NCBI GenBank assembly: GCA_002101235.1 | Contig: LWTL01000117.1 | Span: 27,432-91,431 of the forward strand | DNA length: 64,000 nucleotides | DNA from: Cycloclasticus sp. symbiont of Bathymodiolus heckerae | GTDB lineage: Bacteria > Pseudomonadota > Gammaproteobacteria > Methylococcales > Cycloclasticaceae | Direction of reading: 5' to 3' | Part shown: one piece after another, positions 42,925 to 54,218 of the stretch | Numbering within the stretch: position 1 is the first letter of the stretch | Layout of the letters: each line of letters starts with the position of its first letter | Notes under the pieces: model-generated | What the model was told of the DNA's origin: nothing | What the model saw: only the letters and a program-made list of their open reading frames with translations | The model's database searches: none | Position numbers and translations under genes: made by a program

Positions 42925-44096
42925 TAAGAAATTTCACCATTAATAACACTAGAGACCACTTTCGCCGCCTGTTTATCAGCACCGCGCATTAACTTCATGT
43001 TCATTTTGCTAAATTCATTCACCATGCTCTGCGCAATATCAACATCCTCATGTATTCGAATTAGCTCATCCGATAATGATTGTGCTGTCACCTGTTCATG
43101 CAAAAACTCTTTCACTAGCTCTTTACCGGCGATCAAGTTAGGCATAGAAACAAAAGGCGCTTTCAAAAGATCAAATGTTTTGAAAACCCACGATGTTAGA
43201 GAAGAAGGCTTATAGGCAACAACCATCGGCTTTTTCAACAACATAACCTCGAGTGTTGCCGTTCCTGATGCAACTAGCACCATATTAGAGGCTGCAATCA
43301 TTGTATTTGACGCCATTTCTTTTATTTCTAAATCCAGTTTAAAGCCAGATTGCTCATAAATATTTCTAAAAATATCACTTGCAGCTTCATCAGGCATTGG
43401 AACCAACACTTTAAGATTAGGTGTGTTTTCAGAGTACAACTTTGCAGCTTCAAGAAAAATCAAACTATGCCTATTCAACTCACCTACCCGACTGCCCGGC
43501 ATAATAGTTAAAACAGGCGTTTCCGAGGCAATACTCAGCTCTTCTCTAACCGTTAACATATCCATACCATCTTTATAATTATCGGCTAAAGGGTGCCCAA
43601 TGAAATAGGCAGGAACGAGAGTGTTTTCAAAATAATCTTCTTCAAAAGGAAATATGCATAACAACGCATTTAATGAACCGATAAGGTGCTTAATTCTCTT
43701 AGGGCGCCATGCCCAAACAGTAGGACTGACGTAATGAACAGTTTTTATGCCACTTTGATACAGATCCCGTTCCAGTTTTAAATTAAAGTCTGGCGCATCA
43801 ATGCCTATAAAAACATCTGGTTTTGCATCTAAAATTGAGGACTTTAAACGTTTCCTTATACCGAGCAATTCGGGCAAATGCTTAATAACCTCAAACAATC
43901 CAAAAACAGAGAGCTTTGACATCGGGTATTCAGACTGAAAACCTTCTTGGATCATCCGTTGCCCCCCTATCCCGGAAAAAACAGCCTCAGGATAAAGTTT
44001 TTTTAGCGCTTTAATTAAACCCGCTCCTAAAATATCACCCGAATGTTCGCCAGCAACCATCATTATTTTTAGGGGTTTATTGTGTAAAGAAGGCAT
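42924..44096 (-). CDS. lpxB: Lipid-A-disaccharide synthase
   Basis: AGEHSGD, IDAPDFN, PGSRVGE and SGTATLE. Confidence 0.96.
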   Translation of the reverse strand: MPSLHNKPLKIMMVAGEHSGDILGAGLIKALKKLYPEAVFSGIGGQRMIQEGFQSEYPMSKLSVFGLFEVIKHLPELLGIRKRLKSSILDAKPDVFIGIDAPDFNLKLERDLYQSGIKTVHYVSPTVWAWRPKRIKHLIGSLNALLCIFPFEEDYFENTLVPAYFIGHPLADNYKDGMDMLTVREELSIASETPVLTIMPGSRVGELNRHSLIFLEAAKLYSENTPNLKVLVPMPDEAASDIFRNIYEQSGFKLDLEIKEMASNTMIAASNMVLVASGTATLEVMLLKKPMVVAYKPSSLTSWVFKTFDLLKAPFVSMPNLIAGKELVKEFLHEQVTAQSLSDELIRIHEDVDIAQSMVNEFSKMNMKLMRGADKQAAKVVSSVINGEIS

Positions 44097-44159
44097 ACGC
44101 TTCCAATAAAAATTTATTTAAACGAAGGAGCGGCAACACAGCGATTGCGCTACTAATTT

Positions 44160-44930
44160 TTATCGCAGAATACTACGACTAGAATTCTTTAAAAAATCGA
44201 CCATGATGCTTAGCTCAGGCTGATCTTTAACTGCCTCTACCAATGCCTCAGTAGCATCAGATAGCGTTAAGCCAGATTTATACAGGGTTTTATACGCCCG
44301 TTTTATTTGTAAAATCGCATCTTTGGAAAAGCCACGACGATCCAAACCAACAGAATTAATACCGTGTGGTTTTGTTGGTCTGCCACCAACCATAACAAAG
44401 GGAGGCACATCTTTAGTTATGGCGCTGCCCATTGCAGAAAAACAATGCTCACCCAAGTGACAAAATTGATGAACAATTGAGAAACCGCCCAAAATGACAT
44501 TATTACCAATGTGTACATGGCCACCTAAAGAGGCCGCATTAGCCAAAATAACATCATTACCAATAACACAGTCGTGAGCTACATGTGTATAGGCCATCAG
44601 TAAATTATCACTACCAATAATAGTTACATTCTTATCTTGAGTTGTACCACGATGAATTGTCGTGAATTCACGTATTTCATTATTATCTCCAATTTCTAAA
44701 AAAGACTTTTCACCCGCATATTTTTTATCTTGCGGATCTTCTCCAATAGAAGAAAATTGATAAATACGATTATTTTTGCCAATACTTGTTGTCCCATTAA
44801 TCGTCACATGGGGTCCAATAACGGTACCTGAACCGATAGATACATTCGCACCAATAACAGTATAAGGTCCAATTTCAACACCTTCTGTTACAGACGAGCT
44901 TGGGTCGATAATCACTGTTGCATGAATCAT
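44160..44930 (-). CDS. lpxA: UDP-N-acetylglucosamine acyltransferase
   Basis: Hexapeptide repeats, PQDKKY and HVAHDC. Confidence 0.96.
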   Translation of the reverse strand: MIHATVIIDPSSSVTEGVEIGPYTVIGANVSIGSGTVIGPHVTINGTTSIGKNNRIYQFSSIGEDPQDKKYAGEKSFLEIGDNNEIREFTTIHRGTTQDKNVTIIGSDNLLMAYTHVAHDCVIGNDVILANAASLGGHVHIGNNVILGGFSIVHQFCHLGEHCFSAMGSAITKDVPPFVMVGGRPTKPHGINSVGLDRRGFSKDAILQIKRAYKTLYKSGLTLSDATEALVEAVKDQPELSIMVDFLKNSSRSILR

Positions 44931-45376
44931 TTAGTTGACTCCTTAGACGCACATAAAATATCTGCTGAAACGATGATTTTCCCATCAACCATTGCGGTTG
45001 TTGAAAATGACCAAATATTTCGTCTATTCTTTTTAAACACAGCTTCAAGCATCAGTTGATCACCTGGAACAACAGAGCGCTTAAATCTCGCATTGTCTAT
45101 CCCAACCAAATAGTATTCACCAAACTCTTCACCACGATCCGTTAATGTTTTCATTGATAGAAGACCCGTTGCTTGCGCTAAAGCTTCAATCACAAGTACT
45201 CCTGGCATTATCGGGTTATGCGGGAAATGTCCTGTGAACTGTGGTTCGTTATAACTAACATTTTTCAACGCAAGAAGGCGTTCGCCTGCTTCATATTCAA
45301 CAACTCTATCTATCATCAAGAAAGGATACCTGTGAGGCAAAAACTCCATAACTTTTCTTACGTCGTCTTGCTCCAT
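44927..45376 (-). CDS. fabZ: 3-hydroxyacyl-ACP dehydratase
   Basis: LPHRYPFLMIDR, GHFP..PIMPGVL.IEALAQ. Confidence 0.97.
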   Translation of the reverse strand: MEQDDVRKVMEFLPHRYPFLMIDRVVEYEAGERLLALKNVSYNEPQFTGHFPHNPIMPGVLVIEALAQATGLLSMKTLTDRGEEFGEYYLVGIDNARFKRSVVPGDQLMLEAVFKKNRRNIWSFSTTAMVDGKIIVSADILCASKESTK

Positions 45377-46398
45377 TAAGTTCCCTTTTGACTTTTTATT
45401 AATTGATTTATTTTTTTAGTTAGCTTATCGAGTTGCTTAAAACGTACCGCGTTCTTTAACCAATCACTATTAGCTTGAAATGGTGTACCAGAGGAATAAG
45501 CACCTGCTTTCTTAATGGAGTGCGTCACCATCGTCATACCCGTCACATGAACACCATCTGCAATTGAAATATGCCCAACAAGGCCTACACCCCCGGCTAA
45601 GGTACAATGACTTCCGATCTTCGCGCTACCCGCTATTCCTGTGCAACCAGCTATAGCTGTGTGCTCGCCGATTTCGACATTATGAGCAATCATTACCTGG
45701 TTATCTATTTTCACACCATTACCAATAACAGTATTTTCTAGAGCGCCGCAATCTATGGTGGTATTCGCCCCAATATCAACATTATTACCAATAATAACGT
45801 GACCGATTTGCGGGATTTTAAACCAGCCTTCTTTGTTGGCTAATGGTGCATAACCAAAACCATCGCTTCCGATAACAGCACCTGGGTGGATCGTAACATT
45901 ATTGCCAATACGTGTGCCTGAGCATACGGTAACATTCGGTAATAGGTTAACGTTTTTACCCATAATTACATTATCACCAATAAAGCAACCTGAGCTAACC
46001 GTGCAGTCATTATCGATAATTACATTTTCTGCAATAACAACATTTGCGCCAATAACACAGCTTTTGGCTATCTGAGCGTTTTCAGCAATGACCGCAGTTG
46101 GATGTATTTCCCCACTTTCCTGAGGTTTTTTATAAATAAAGGTAGTTGCTTGTGCATACGCTAGGTATGGATTAGAAACCAGCAATATATTACCTGAAAA
46201 ATCATCTACGAATGGTGCTGACAAAATCACAACACCTGCTTTTGTATTTTTTAACTCTACTGCGTATTTCTTATTATAAATAAAAGATAATTGGTTTTCT
46301 TTAGCTGTATTTAATGTCGCACAGCTATCAATTTGATGTTCTGCATCGCCTAATAACTCTGCACCCAATACATCAGCTAGTTCTTTTAAGGAAATCAT
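45376..46398 (-). CDS. lpxD: UDP-3-O-(3-hydroxymyristoyl)glucosamine N-acyltransferase
   Basis: Hexapeptide repeats, IGSDGFGYA and KIDNQVMIAHNV. Confidence 0.96.
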   Translation of the reverse strand: MISLKELADVLGAELLGDAEHQIDSCATLNTAKENQLSFIYNKKYAVELKNTKAGVVILSAPFVDDFSGNILLVSNPYLAYAQATTFIYKKPQESGEIHPTAVIAENAQIAKSCVIGANVVIAENVIIDNDCTVSSGCFIGDNVIMGKNVNLLPNVTVCSGTRIGNNVTIHPGAVIGSDGFGYAPLANKEGWFKIPQIGHVIIGNNVDIGANTTIDCGALENTVIGNGVKIDNQVMIAHNVEIGEHTAIAGCTGIAGSAKIGSHCTLAGGVGLVGHISIADGVHVTGMTMVTHSIKKAGAYSSGTPFQANSDWLKNAVRFKQLDKLTKKINQLIKSQKGT

Positions 46399-46422
46399 TT
46401 AAAAGCTCGTTAACTATTCCAC

Positions 46423-46932
46423 CTATTTAGTTGAAGCCAAACGTTTTTGAACTTTATTGGTGATATCCACAGCGCCACTGGCATAAACAACCCCATCATG
46501 AAGCACTAAATCATATTTTTCAGCTTCAGATAACCCCTTGATCGCTTCAAATACTAAACGCTGCAACTTAGCTAATTCTTCGTTTCGTCTTAGATTAAAA
46601 TCTTCTCTAAACTCTTCTTGATCTCGTTTCAACGCACGCTTTTTTTCAAGCACATCACGCTGTAAACGACGTGCTTCTGTTTCACTCATCAATTTAATAT
46701 CTCGAGCTAATTTTTCATCTAATTTTTTAATTACTTTTTGACTAGCTAATAATTTTTTATTTCTAGGGGAAAATTCTTTTTCTAGAGAAATTTTAGCTTT
46801 TTCTGCTTGTGGAGCTTTCTCCAAAATTCGCGCTACATTAACAAAGCCCACTTTAATATCAGCAGCTTGTGCAACACCCATTAAGGCAATTGTTAATAGA
46901 CTAGCAACTAAAAATTGGTTAAAAAATTTCAA
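46423..46932 (-). CDS. skp: Periplasmic chaperone Skp/OmpH
   Basis: Signal peptide, KVGFVNVARIL, coiled coil, YDLVL...VVYAS..DIT. Confidence 0.93.
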   Translation of the reverse strand: MKFFNQFLVASLLTIALMGVAQAADIKVGFVNVARILEKAPQAEKAKISLEKEFSPRNKKLLASQKVIKKLDEKLARDIKLMSETEARRLQRDVLEKKRALKRDQEEFREDFNLRRNEELAKLQRLVFEAIKGLSEAEKYDLVLHDGVVYASGAVDITNKVQKRLASTK

Positions 46933-46999
46933 TTTATATCTCCTGATACTTTATATATTTTTAAATTATTTTAGCGAAACAAATTTCGCCACTTTCACT

Positions 47000-49315
47000 T
47001 TATATTCCAGAGCCAAACGCAAATTGGAATGCCTGCACTTCATCATCTTCATCATCATTTATTGGCATCGCCAAACTAAACGATAGTGCACCAAAAGGCG
47101 ATAACCATTTTGCTGAAACGCCCACAGAATACCTTAGATCTCCAATATCAATTTCGTCATCATAAACATTACCTGCATCGAAAAAGGTACTTAATCTAAC
47201 TGTTTTACTGTCTGGCATAAAAGGCACAGGGAAAACAAATTCTGCGTTACCCACTAGTTTTACACTGCCACCTGTCGCATCACCATAAATATCTTTAGGA
47301 CCTAATGTATTATCCGTAAAGCCACGAACAGAGTTTTTGCCCCCTGCGTAATAATTTTCGAAAAACGGAAGTGTCTCAGCTTCACCATAGGAATCTCCAT
47401 AACCAAAATCGGCATTTAAGTACAGCGTTGTATGTCGCGTAACGGGGAAATAGTGCTTTTGATTATATGAGACTTTATAAAATTCAAGATCTGAGCCGGG
47501 GACTGTAATAACACCTGACAATCTTTTAGAACCACCTTTCGTTGCAAAAACAGCCCTATTTCTAGTATCTGTTCCCCAACTGGCAGATGCTTTCAAATTA
47601 GTATAAGAATCGCCATTATCTAAAACAAAATTACCTGTTTGGCCATTCGTTGTATCTCGATTAGCTTCTGTTGGCTTAAAGCCAAGATCTAGTGATGTAA
47701 ATTCTAAATCCAACCCAAAGCCAATACGGTCTCTTTCATTTAAAGGTAAACCAAAGTTCACACCCATATTAAATGTTTCTGTTGAGTAATCACTTGTATT
47801 AGCTTCTTCAGCATCCGTTGTTCTATAACTAATATTAAAACCGCGACTCACACCATCGATCGTATAGTAAGGGTTTGTGTACCCTAAACTGTAAACTGTA
47901 TTGACTGAGCTATTATTGAAGCTAGCGCTCATTCTTTTACCCGTTCCCAAGAAGTTGTTTTGACTAATACTTGCGTTTAGCACCAACCCTTGAGATTGCG
48001 AGAAGCCCGCGCCCGCTAAAATATTACCGGATGATTTTTCTTTAACGGTATAAATAACATCCACTTGATCAGTTGTTCCTGCAACCGCAGGTGTTTCAAC
48101 ATCCACTTCATCAAAGTGCCCTAAACGAGATAAGCGTGACTTAGATCGCTCAACAGCAAGTGTTGAAATAGGAGACGCTTCCATTTGTCTAATTTCACGT
48201 CTTAATACTTCATCGCGTGTTTTTGTATTGCCTTGCATCACGACTCGACGGACATAAACTCGTTTACCAGGGTCAACAAAAAACGTTACCTTTACAGTCG
48301 ATGTTTCTTGGTCAATTTCTGGAATCATATTGACGTTAGCAAAAGAGTAGCCTTCATGCCCTAAAATCGTCGTAATATTTTCAGATGTTTGCGTTGCCTT
48401 TCTTCTTGAAAAAATACTACTTGGCTGAACTGATACAAAAGGAATTAATTTATCAGGGCTAACAATCAGTTCACCTGCAAGTTTAACTTCACTGATTGTA
48501 TGAACCTTACCCTCATCAACATTAATCGTAATATAAATACCATTCTTATCAGGACTAATGGAAACCTGTGTTGATTCAACTTTAAAATTAATATACCCGC
48601 GATCTTGGTAAAACGAATTGACCCGTTCAAGATCAGCGGATAGTTTTTGTTTTGAATACTGATCGCTGTTCGTATAAAAAGAAATCAGTGTTGGGCCGGT
48701 TAATTCAAATTCGTCCAAAATTTCATCATCTTGGAATGCTTTATTACCAACAATATTTATTTTCTTAATACTTGCCGCTGAACCCTCCGTAACATTAATG
48801 AGAATGGCCACCCTGTTACGCTCTAATACGGTAACTGTACTATCAACTTCAGCAGAATATTTTCCATTGTTGTAATACTGCTTTAACAGTTCATTTTTAA
48901 CTCTATCTAAAACTAACGGGTTATAAACACGTCCAACTGCCATGCCAACATCTTTAAATGCCTTTATAAGCTGTTCTGTTTCAATATCTTTATTACCGTC
49001 AAGTTCAATACTTGTGATCGCCGGTCGCTCAGTAACATTAATAATCAATATGTCGGCATTCTGATCAACATTAACATCACTAAAGAAACCCATTTGAAAT
49101 AATTCTCTAATAACGTCGCCTGAACTTTCATCATCAAAGGCATCTCCAACTTTAACCGTAAGCGCGTTGAAAACAGCACCCGCCGTGATCCTTTGCAATC
49201 CGTTAACTCGGATATCTTTAATAATAAATGATTCCGTAGCATAGGCTGTACATGTGCCTAATAGTGCAAAAAATAACGTCGTTATAATGAGTAATGATCT
49301 AGTTGTTTTTATCAC
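47000..49315 (-). CDS. bamA: Outer membrane protein assembly factor BamA
   Basis: POTRA repeats, VRGF motif and C-terminal FQFAFG. Confidence 0.97.
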   Translation of the reverse strand: MIKTTRSLLIITTLFFALLGTCTAYATESFIIKDIRVNGLQRITAGAVFNALTVKVGDAFDDESSGDVIRELFQMGFFSDVNVDQNADILIINVTERPAITSIELDGNKDIETEQLIKAFKDVGMAVGRVYNPLVLDRVKNELLKQYYNNGKYSAEVDSTVTVLERNRVAILINVTEGSAASIKKINIVGNKAFQDDEILDEFELTGPTLISFYTNSDQYSKQKLSADLERVNSFYQDRGYINFKVESTQVSISPDKNGIYITINVDEGKVHTISEVKLAGELIVSPDKLIPFVSVQPSSIFSRRKATQTSENITTILGHEGYSFANVNMIPEIDQETSTVKVTFFVDPGKRVYVRRVVMQGNTKTRDEVLRREIRQMEASPISTLAVERSKSRLSRLGHFDEVDVETPAVAGTTDQVDVIYTVKEKSSGNILAGAGFSQSQGLVLNASISQNNFLGTGKRMSASFNNSSVNTVYSLGYTNPYYTIDGVSRGFNISYRTTDAEEANTSDYSTETFNMGVNFGLPLNERDRIGFGLDLEFTSLDLGFKPTEANRDTTNGQTGNFVLDNGDSYTNLKASASWGTDTRNRAVFATKGGSKRLSGVITVPGSDLEFYKVSYNQKHYFPVTRHTTLYLNADFGYGDSYGEAETLPFFENYYAGGKNSVRGFTDNTLGPKDIYGDATGGSVKLVGNAEFVFPVPFMPDSKTVRLSTFFDAGNVYDDEIDIGDLRYSVGVSAKWLSPFGALSFSLAMPINDDEDDEVQAFQFAFGSGI

Positions 49316-49397
49316 AATAAAATTTATTTAAGTTCATTTTAGATATATCAAGTCAGTATAGATAAAACAGCTAACCGACTCAATACGTATTTTTTAC

Positions 49398-50756
49398 TTA
49401 GGCCATCAGCCGACCAATATCTATGAAAACCGCAAGCACCATAAGACACAAAATAAGAAACATTCCAACGCGCATAAATATGCCTTGAGTCCTATTCGAT
49501 ACAGGCGAGCCCTTAACCGCTTCAATTAAATAAAAGAACAAATGTCCACCATCTAACATAGGAATTGGCAATAAATTCATAACGCCTAAACTAACACTGA
49601 CAAAGGCTAAAAATTTCAAAAATGGAATCAAACCTATCCCAACTGATTTTCCGGCATATTGCGCCAAACTAATTGGGCCACTTAAGTTTTGTACGGACGC
49701 CTCACCAATGAGCATTCGCCCAATTAACTTCACCGTTAATAATGAATAACTCACCGTTTGAGTTGCGGCCTCCGTTATTGCAGAGAAGCCTACCAGCGTA
49801 TAATTCGCATGAAAACCTTGTGACATATCGGCGTCTATAATAGGGGACACTCCAATTCGCCCAATCGCAACATCATTCTCAATGATTTTTTTGGGCGTGA
49901 TCATAAGCTCTAGCACCTGACCTTTTCTAAGCACATCTACCCGCATTAGTACATTAGGACTCGATCGCGTTAACTCGACCCAACGACGCCACGTATTCAC
50001 ATCACTGCCGTTAACACGTTGAATGAAATCCCCTTTTTGCAACCCCGCCAGGTCGCCCGGCTCACCACTAGCAACATCACCAACAATTGGCTTTATAACA
50101 GGCAATCTAGGTTCAATACCTATTCGATTAACAATATCACTGGGCTGCGGCAAATTATCTGGGTCAAAACGCACCGTAATATTATTAAGTTGCCCACCTG
50201 CCTTAACAACTGTAAGGGAGACCTCTCCCTTATCCAACATTTCACTTGCCATTAATCCAACAGCAACTCGCCAAATACTGGCAGGACGCTCATTCACTTT
50301 AATAATTTCATCGCCTACTTCTAAACCTGAGTGAATAGCCACACCAGACTCACTAAACCCGCCGATGACTGGCTTTAAACCATCTTCACCAATCGTTAAA
50401 ATCACCCAAAATGCAAAAAATGCAAAAATAAGATTAAAGGCAGGTCCTGCTAAAACAATGAGAAATTTACTGAAAAGTGATTTGTTATTAAAAGCTAAGT
50501 GCTTTTCTTTTTCATCAACTGAACCTTCGTTCTCATCCAGCATTTTGACGTAGCCGCCTAAAGGAATTCCGGCAATCACATATTCAGTTGGGTCATTTTT
50601 TCTTCTGAAGGTTAAAAGTGGCTTGCCAAAGCCCACAGAAAACCTTAAAACTTTTACGCCACATTTTCTTGCGACCCAAAAATGCCCGAACTCATGAACC
50701 GTAACTAAAATGCCTAGAACAAGAATAAACGATGCTATTGAGATAATAACTGTCAC
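49398..50756 (-). CDS. rseP: RIP metalloprotease RseP
   Basis: HEFGH, PDZ domains and NLLPIPMLDGGH. Confidence 0.97.
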   Translation of the reverse strand: MTVIISIASFILVLGILVTVHEFGHFWVARKCGVKVLRFSVGFGKPLLTFRRKNDPTEYVIAGIPLGGYVKMLDENEGSVDEKEKHLAFNNKSLFSKFLIVLAGPAFNLIFAFFAFWVILTIGEDGLKPVIGGFSESGVAIHSGLEVGDEIIKVNERPASIWRVAVGLMASEMLDKGEVSLTVVKAGGQLNNITVRFDPDNLPQPSDIVNRIGIEPRLPVIKPIVGDVASGEPGDLAGLQKGDFIQRVNGSDVNTWRRWVELTRSSPNVLMRVDVLRKGQVLELMITPKKIIENDVAIGRIGVSPIIDADMSQGFHANYTLVGFSAITEAATQTVSYSLLTVKLIGRMLIGEASVQNLSGPISLAQYAGKSVGIGLIPFLKFLAFVSVSLGVMNLLPIPMLDGGHLFFYLIEAVKGSPVSNRTQGIFMRVGMFLILCLMVLAVFIDIGRLMA

Positions 50757-51934
50757 TAGAGCTCCTCTATATACTGATTAGTTCGTAACCGCGTCTCTAC
50801 ATCAACACTTAAAACAGTTTTAATTGAATCAGCAACTACAATGGTTGATCTTTCCATAGCCTTTTCAATAAGTTTTGGAATGTCGGTAAAGCCTATTTTT
50901 TTGTCTAAAAATGCACCAACTGCCACCTCATTCGCTGCATTTAAAATAGCTGGCGCTGTTCCTTTGGCTTTTAACGCCTCAAAAGCGTGCATCAAACAAG
51001 GAAACTTCTCATACGATGGTTCTTCAAACGTTAATTGCTTATTAACAATAAGGTCTAATGCTGACACCCCGCTGTCATGCCTGTCAGGCCACGCCAAAGC
51101 ATGAGCAATCGGCGTTCGCATATCAGGGTTACCAAGTTGCGCTAAAACAGAGCCGTCGACATAATCCACCATTGAGTGAATGATACTTTGAGGGTGAACT
51201 AAGACCTCAATTTTCTCAGCCGGCATATCAAACAAATAACTCGCTTCTATTACCTCCAAGCCTTTATTCATCATTGTTGCTGAATCAACAGAGATCTTGC
51301 GTCCCATTGACCAGTTAGGGTGTGCACATGCCTGCTCTACCGTGACATTTTTAAGCTCACTAGAGTCAAAATTTAAAAACGGGCCGCCCGATGCCGTTAA
51401 TAATAACTTTCTAACACCTTTAGCCGCACAACCTGTTCGATAATTACTTGGCATACATTGAAACAATGCATTGTGCTCACTATCTAAGGGCAATAATGTT
51501 GCGCCGTTGTCTTTGACTGCGGACATCAATAAATCACCCGATATAACAAGAGATTCTTTGTTTGCCAACAATAATTTTTTTCCGGCATTCGCAGCCGCCA
51601 GTGTAGATAACAAGCCAGCTGACCCTACTATAGCGGCAACGACTATTTCTACTTCTGGTAATGCAGCAACAAAGTCCAAGCTTTCAAGCCCTGATAAAAC
51701 TTGCGTGCCCGATGCGTCAGACGCTTCTATTTCATGTCTAAAACTTTCTGCAATACCAGCATCAGGAATAACAGCATACGTCGGTTTAAATTCTATGCAT
51801 TGTTTGAGTAAACGCTCTTCATTACGATGCGCTGTTAGCGCTACAACATTATATTCATGAGGATTCGTTCTTAATACATCGAGCGTGCTCTGGCCTATAG
51901 AGCCTGTTGAACCAAGTAAACAAACCCCTTTCAT
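50756..51934 (-). CDS. dxr: 1-deoxy-D-xylulose 5-phosphate reductoisomerase
   Basis: LGSTGSIG, LANKES, PLDSEH and HPNWSMGRKISVDSA. Confidence 0.98.
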   Translation of the reverse strand: MKGVCLLGSTGSIGQSTLDVLRTNPHEYNVVALTAHRNEERLLKQCIEFKPTYAVIPDAGIAESFRHEIEASDASGTQVLSGLESLDFVAALPEVEIVVAAIVGSAGLLSTLAAANAGKKLLLANKESLVISGDLLMSAVKDNGATLLPLDSEHNALFQCMPSNYRTGCAAKGVRKLLLTASGGPFLNFDSSELKNVTVEQACAHPNWSMGRKISVDSATMMNKGLEVIEASYLFDMPAEKIEVLVHPQSIIHSMVDYVDGSVLAQLGNPDMRTPIAHALAWPDRHDSGVSALDLIVNKQLTFEEPSYEKFPCLMHAFEALKAKGTAPAILNAANEVAVGAFLDKKIGFTDIPKLIEKAMERSTIVVADSIKTVLSVDVETRLRTNQYIEEL

Positions 51935-52752
51935 GTGAAGATCTCAGTAATTAAAATGCAAGCCAGAAAAACGGGCCCCGCGGCAATAAGGCTATCAATA
52001 CGATCTAAAATACCACCATGCCCTGGCAAAATAGCCCCGCTATCTTTAACGTCTGCGCGACGCTTCATCAAGCTTTCAAATAAATCACCATAAACAGAAA
52101 TTAGTGCTATAAAAATCGACATGCCTATAAATAGCACACTACTTCCAACAGAAAAATACTGAGCACCAAAAAAAGCTAAAACAAAACAAGCCAATAAGCC
52201 GCCGGCAACGCCTTCTAATGACTTACCTGGACTGATAACAGGTGATAATTTATGTTGACCAAACGCACGGCCAGCAAAGTAAGCTCCGCTATCCGCTGTC
52301 CAAATCAACAATAGTAAGTACATGAGAAGATCAGGGCCTTGTTCAAACTCTAGCCTTACCTGACACAAAGAAACAAAGGTTAAGCCAATAACCATTGCGC
52401 CTAGCACCATCATTATTGGACGACTCGCACTTAACTCTAACAAACACTTAGGTTTGCTAATAATGAGCGCTGTAATAAGCAGCCAAAAGAACAAACTAGC
52501 CATCATTAACATATATAAAACAGGGGCACTTAGCGTATTCATTGCAAATGAAATAGCTAATACGAAGAATGCATAGAAGTAGCTGTTAGCCTTGCTATCC
52601 AGCTTACTCAGTCCGGCCCATTCAGACGCTGCAATAAAGACAATAACGCTTAAAATAAACGTAAAGGCAGTATCGTTGGAAAACATAACAAACCAAACAA
52701 CAACTGGAATCAACGCTGCCGCTGTTAGTAGTCGCTGAACAAGACTGCTCAT
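51931..52752 (-). CDS. cdsA: Phosphatidate cytidylyltransferase
   Basis: ISPGKSLEG and KDSG.ILPGHGGILDRIDS. Confidence 0.96.
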   Translation of the reverse strand: MSSLVQRLLTAAALIPVVVWFVMFSNDTAFTFILSVIVFIAASEWAGLSKLDSKANSYFYAFFVLAISFAMNTLSAPVLYMLMMASLFFWLLITALIISKPKCLLELSASRPIMMVLGAMVIGLTFVSLCQVRLEFEQGPDLLMYLLLLIWTADSGAYFAGRAFGQHKLSPVISPGKSLEGVAGGLLACFVLAFFGAQYFSVGSSVLFIGMSIFIALISVYGDLFESLMKRRADVKDSGAILPGHGGILDRIDSLIAAGPVFLACILITEIFT

Positions 52753-52755
52753 GCG

Positions 52756-53499
52756 TTAACGACTCTTATCAATTTGCTCACTTGTTTGCCCAAACCTACG
52801 TTGACGTGAAGAAAAACACTTTATAGCAGAGTCTAGCGCATCCTTGTCGAAATCTGGCCAAAGAGTATCTGTGAAGTAAAGTTCACTATAAGCGATTTGC
52901 CACAATAAAAAATTACTGATCCGCTTTTCACCACCTGTCCTGATAAATAAATCTGGCACAACAACATCCGCCGTCGATAAAAAATCTTTTAACTCTAACG
53001 TGGTAATCGGCACATCTTTACTCGACGCATGTTCAAACATCTTTTGCGCCGCCTGCTCAACATCCCAGTGACCGCCATAATTTGCTGCAATAATGAGTGT
53101 TAAACCCGTATTCTGATGCGTGAGAGTTTCCGCTTCTTTGATTTTTCCTTGCAACGCTTCAGAGAATCTAAAACGGTCACCGATAATCTTCAAACGAATA
53201 TTATTTTTGTGCAAACGCCTCACTTGGCTTTTTAAGGTCAACATGAATAATTTCATCAACACATCGACTTCTTTAGCAGGCCGGCGCCAATTCTCACTAC
53301 TGAACGCAAATACAGTCAGCACTTCTACGCCATAAGCTGCACAAGACTCTATTGTTGTTTTTAGCGCATCTACACCGGCTTTATGGCCAAAAGCGCGTGG
53401 CTTATTTTGTCGCACGGCCCAGCGTCCATTACCATCCATTATGATGGCAATATGTTTCGGTATCTCACCTTGCATTGAGCGGGTTAAACTATCGTACAC
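52756..53499 (-). CDS. uppS: Undecaprenyl diphosphate synthase
   Basis: IIMDGNGRWA, FSSENWRRP and RTGGEKRISNFLLWQ. Confidence 0.97.
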   Translation of the reverse strand: MYDSLTRSMQGEIPKHIAIIMDGNGRWAVRQNKPRAFGHKAGVDALKTTIESCAAYGVEVLTVFAFSSENWRRPAKEVDVLMKLFMLTLKSQVRRLHKNNIRLKIIGDRFRFSEALQGKIKEAETLTHQNTGLTLIIAANYGGHWDVEQAAQKMFEHASSKDVPITTLELKDFLSTADVVVPDLFIRTGGEKRISNFLLWQIAYSELYFTDTLWPDFDKDALDSAIKCFSSRQRRFGQTSEQIDKSR

Positions 53500-53648
53500 A
53501 CAAAATCCATTTGTTTCTTTTTACAAAGATATGAAAAATAAAGTTTTTGAAGATCACGTTAATATAGCAACCTATTGATAATAGTTACGTTAAACTTTGG
53601 GGTCTATTTCTCGTTCCAAAAGCTTTAACAGCACAAAGGTGAAGGGCT

Positions 53649-54206
53649 TTACATTGACATTAAGTCGGTTTCTTTAATCTCTAAATACTTATCAACATCT
53701 TTAACATGCTGATCCGTTATTTTTTGAATCTGATCTTCACCACCATGAAGCTCATCCTCTGTAATCATCTTTTCTTTCAATGCTTCTTTAAATTCAGAAT
53801 TAGCATCTCGACGAATATTTCTAACCGCAATTTTCGCATTTTCTGCTTCGTTACGAACAACTTTCACGAGATCCCGACGCCTTTCTTCTGTCAATGGTGG
53901 CATAGGAACACGAATCACATTACCTGCTGTAACAGGATTAAGGCCTAAATCAGCTTTCATGATAGCCTTCTCTACCGGCCCTATCATTGTCGCTTCCCAC
54001 GGCATGATTGATAGCGTTCTTGCATCTTCAATATTGACTGTTGCTACCTGATTTAAAGGCGTATCCACATCGTAGTATGAAACCACAATATGCTCGAGCA
54101 AACTTGGATGAGCACGACCCGTACGTATTTTAGTCAGTGCTTTTTGGAAAGCCTCTACCGACTTACCCATTCTCACTGTTCCATCTTTAACAATATCTCT
54201 AATCAT
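53649..54206 (-). CDS. frr: Ribosome recycling factor
   Basis: [16 protein letters not shown] and IRNIRRD-like motif. Confidence 0.97.
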   Translation of the reverse strand: MIRDIVKDGTVRMGKSVEAFQKALTKIRTGRAHPSLLEHIVVSYYDVDTPLNQVATVNIEDARTLSIMPWEATMIGPVEKAIMKADLGLNPVTAGNVIRVPMPPLTEERRRDLVKVVRNEAENAKIAVRNIRRDANSEFKEALKEKMITEDELHGGEDQIQKITDQHVKDVDKYLEIKETDLMSM

Positions 54207-54218
54207 AATTTTTTACCG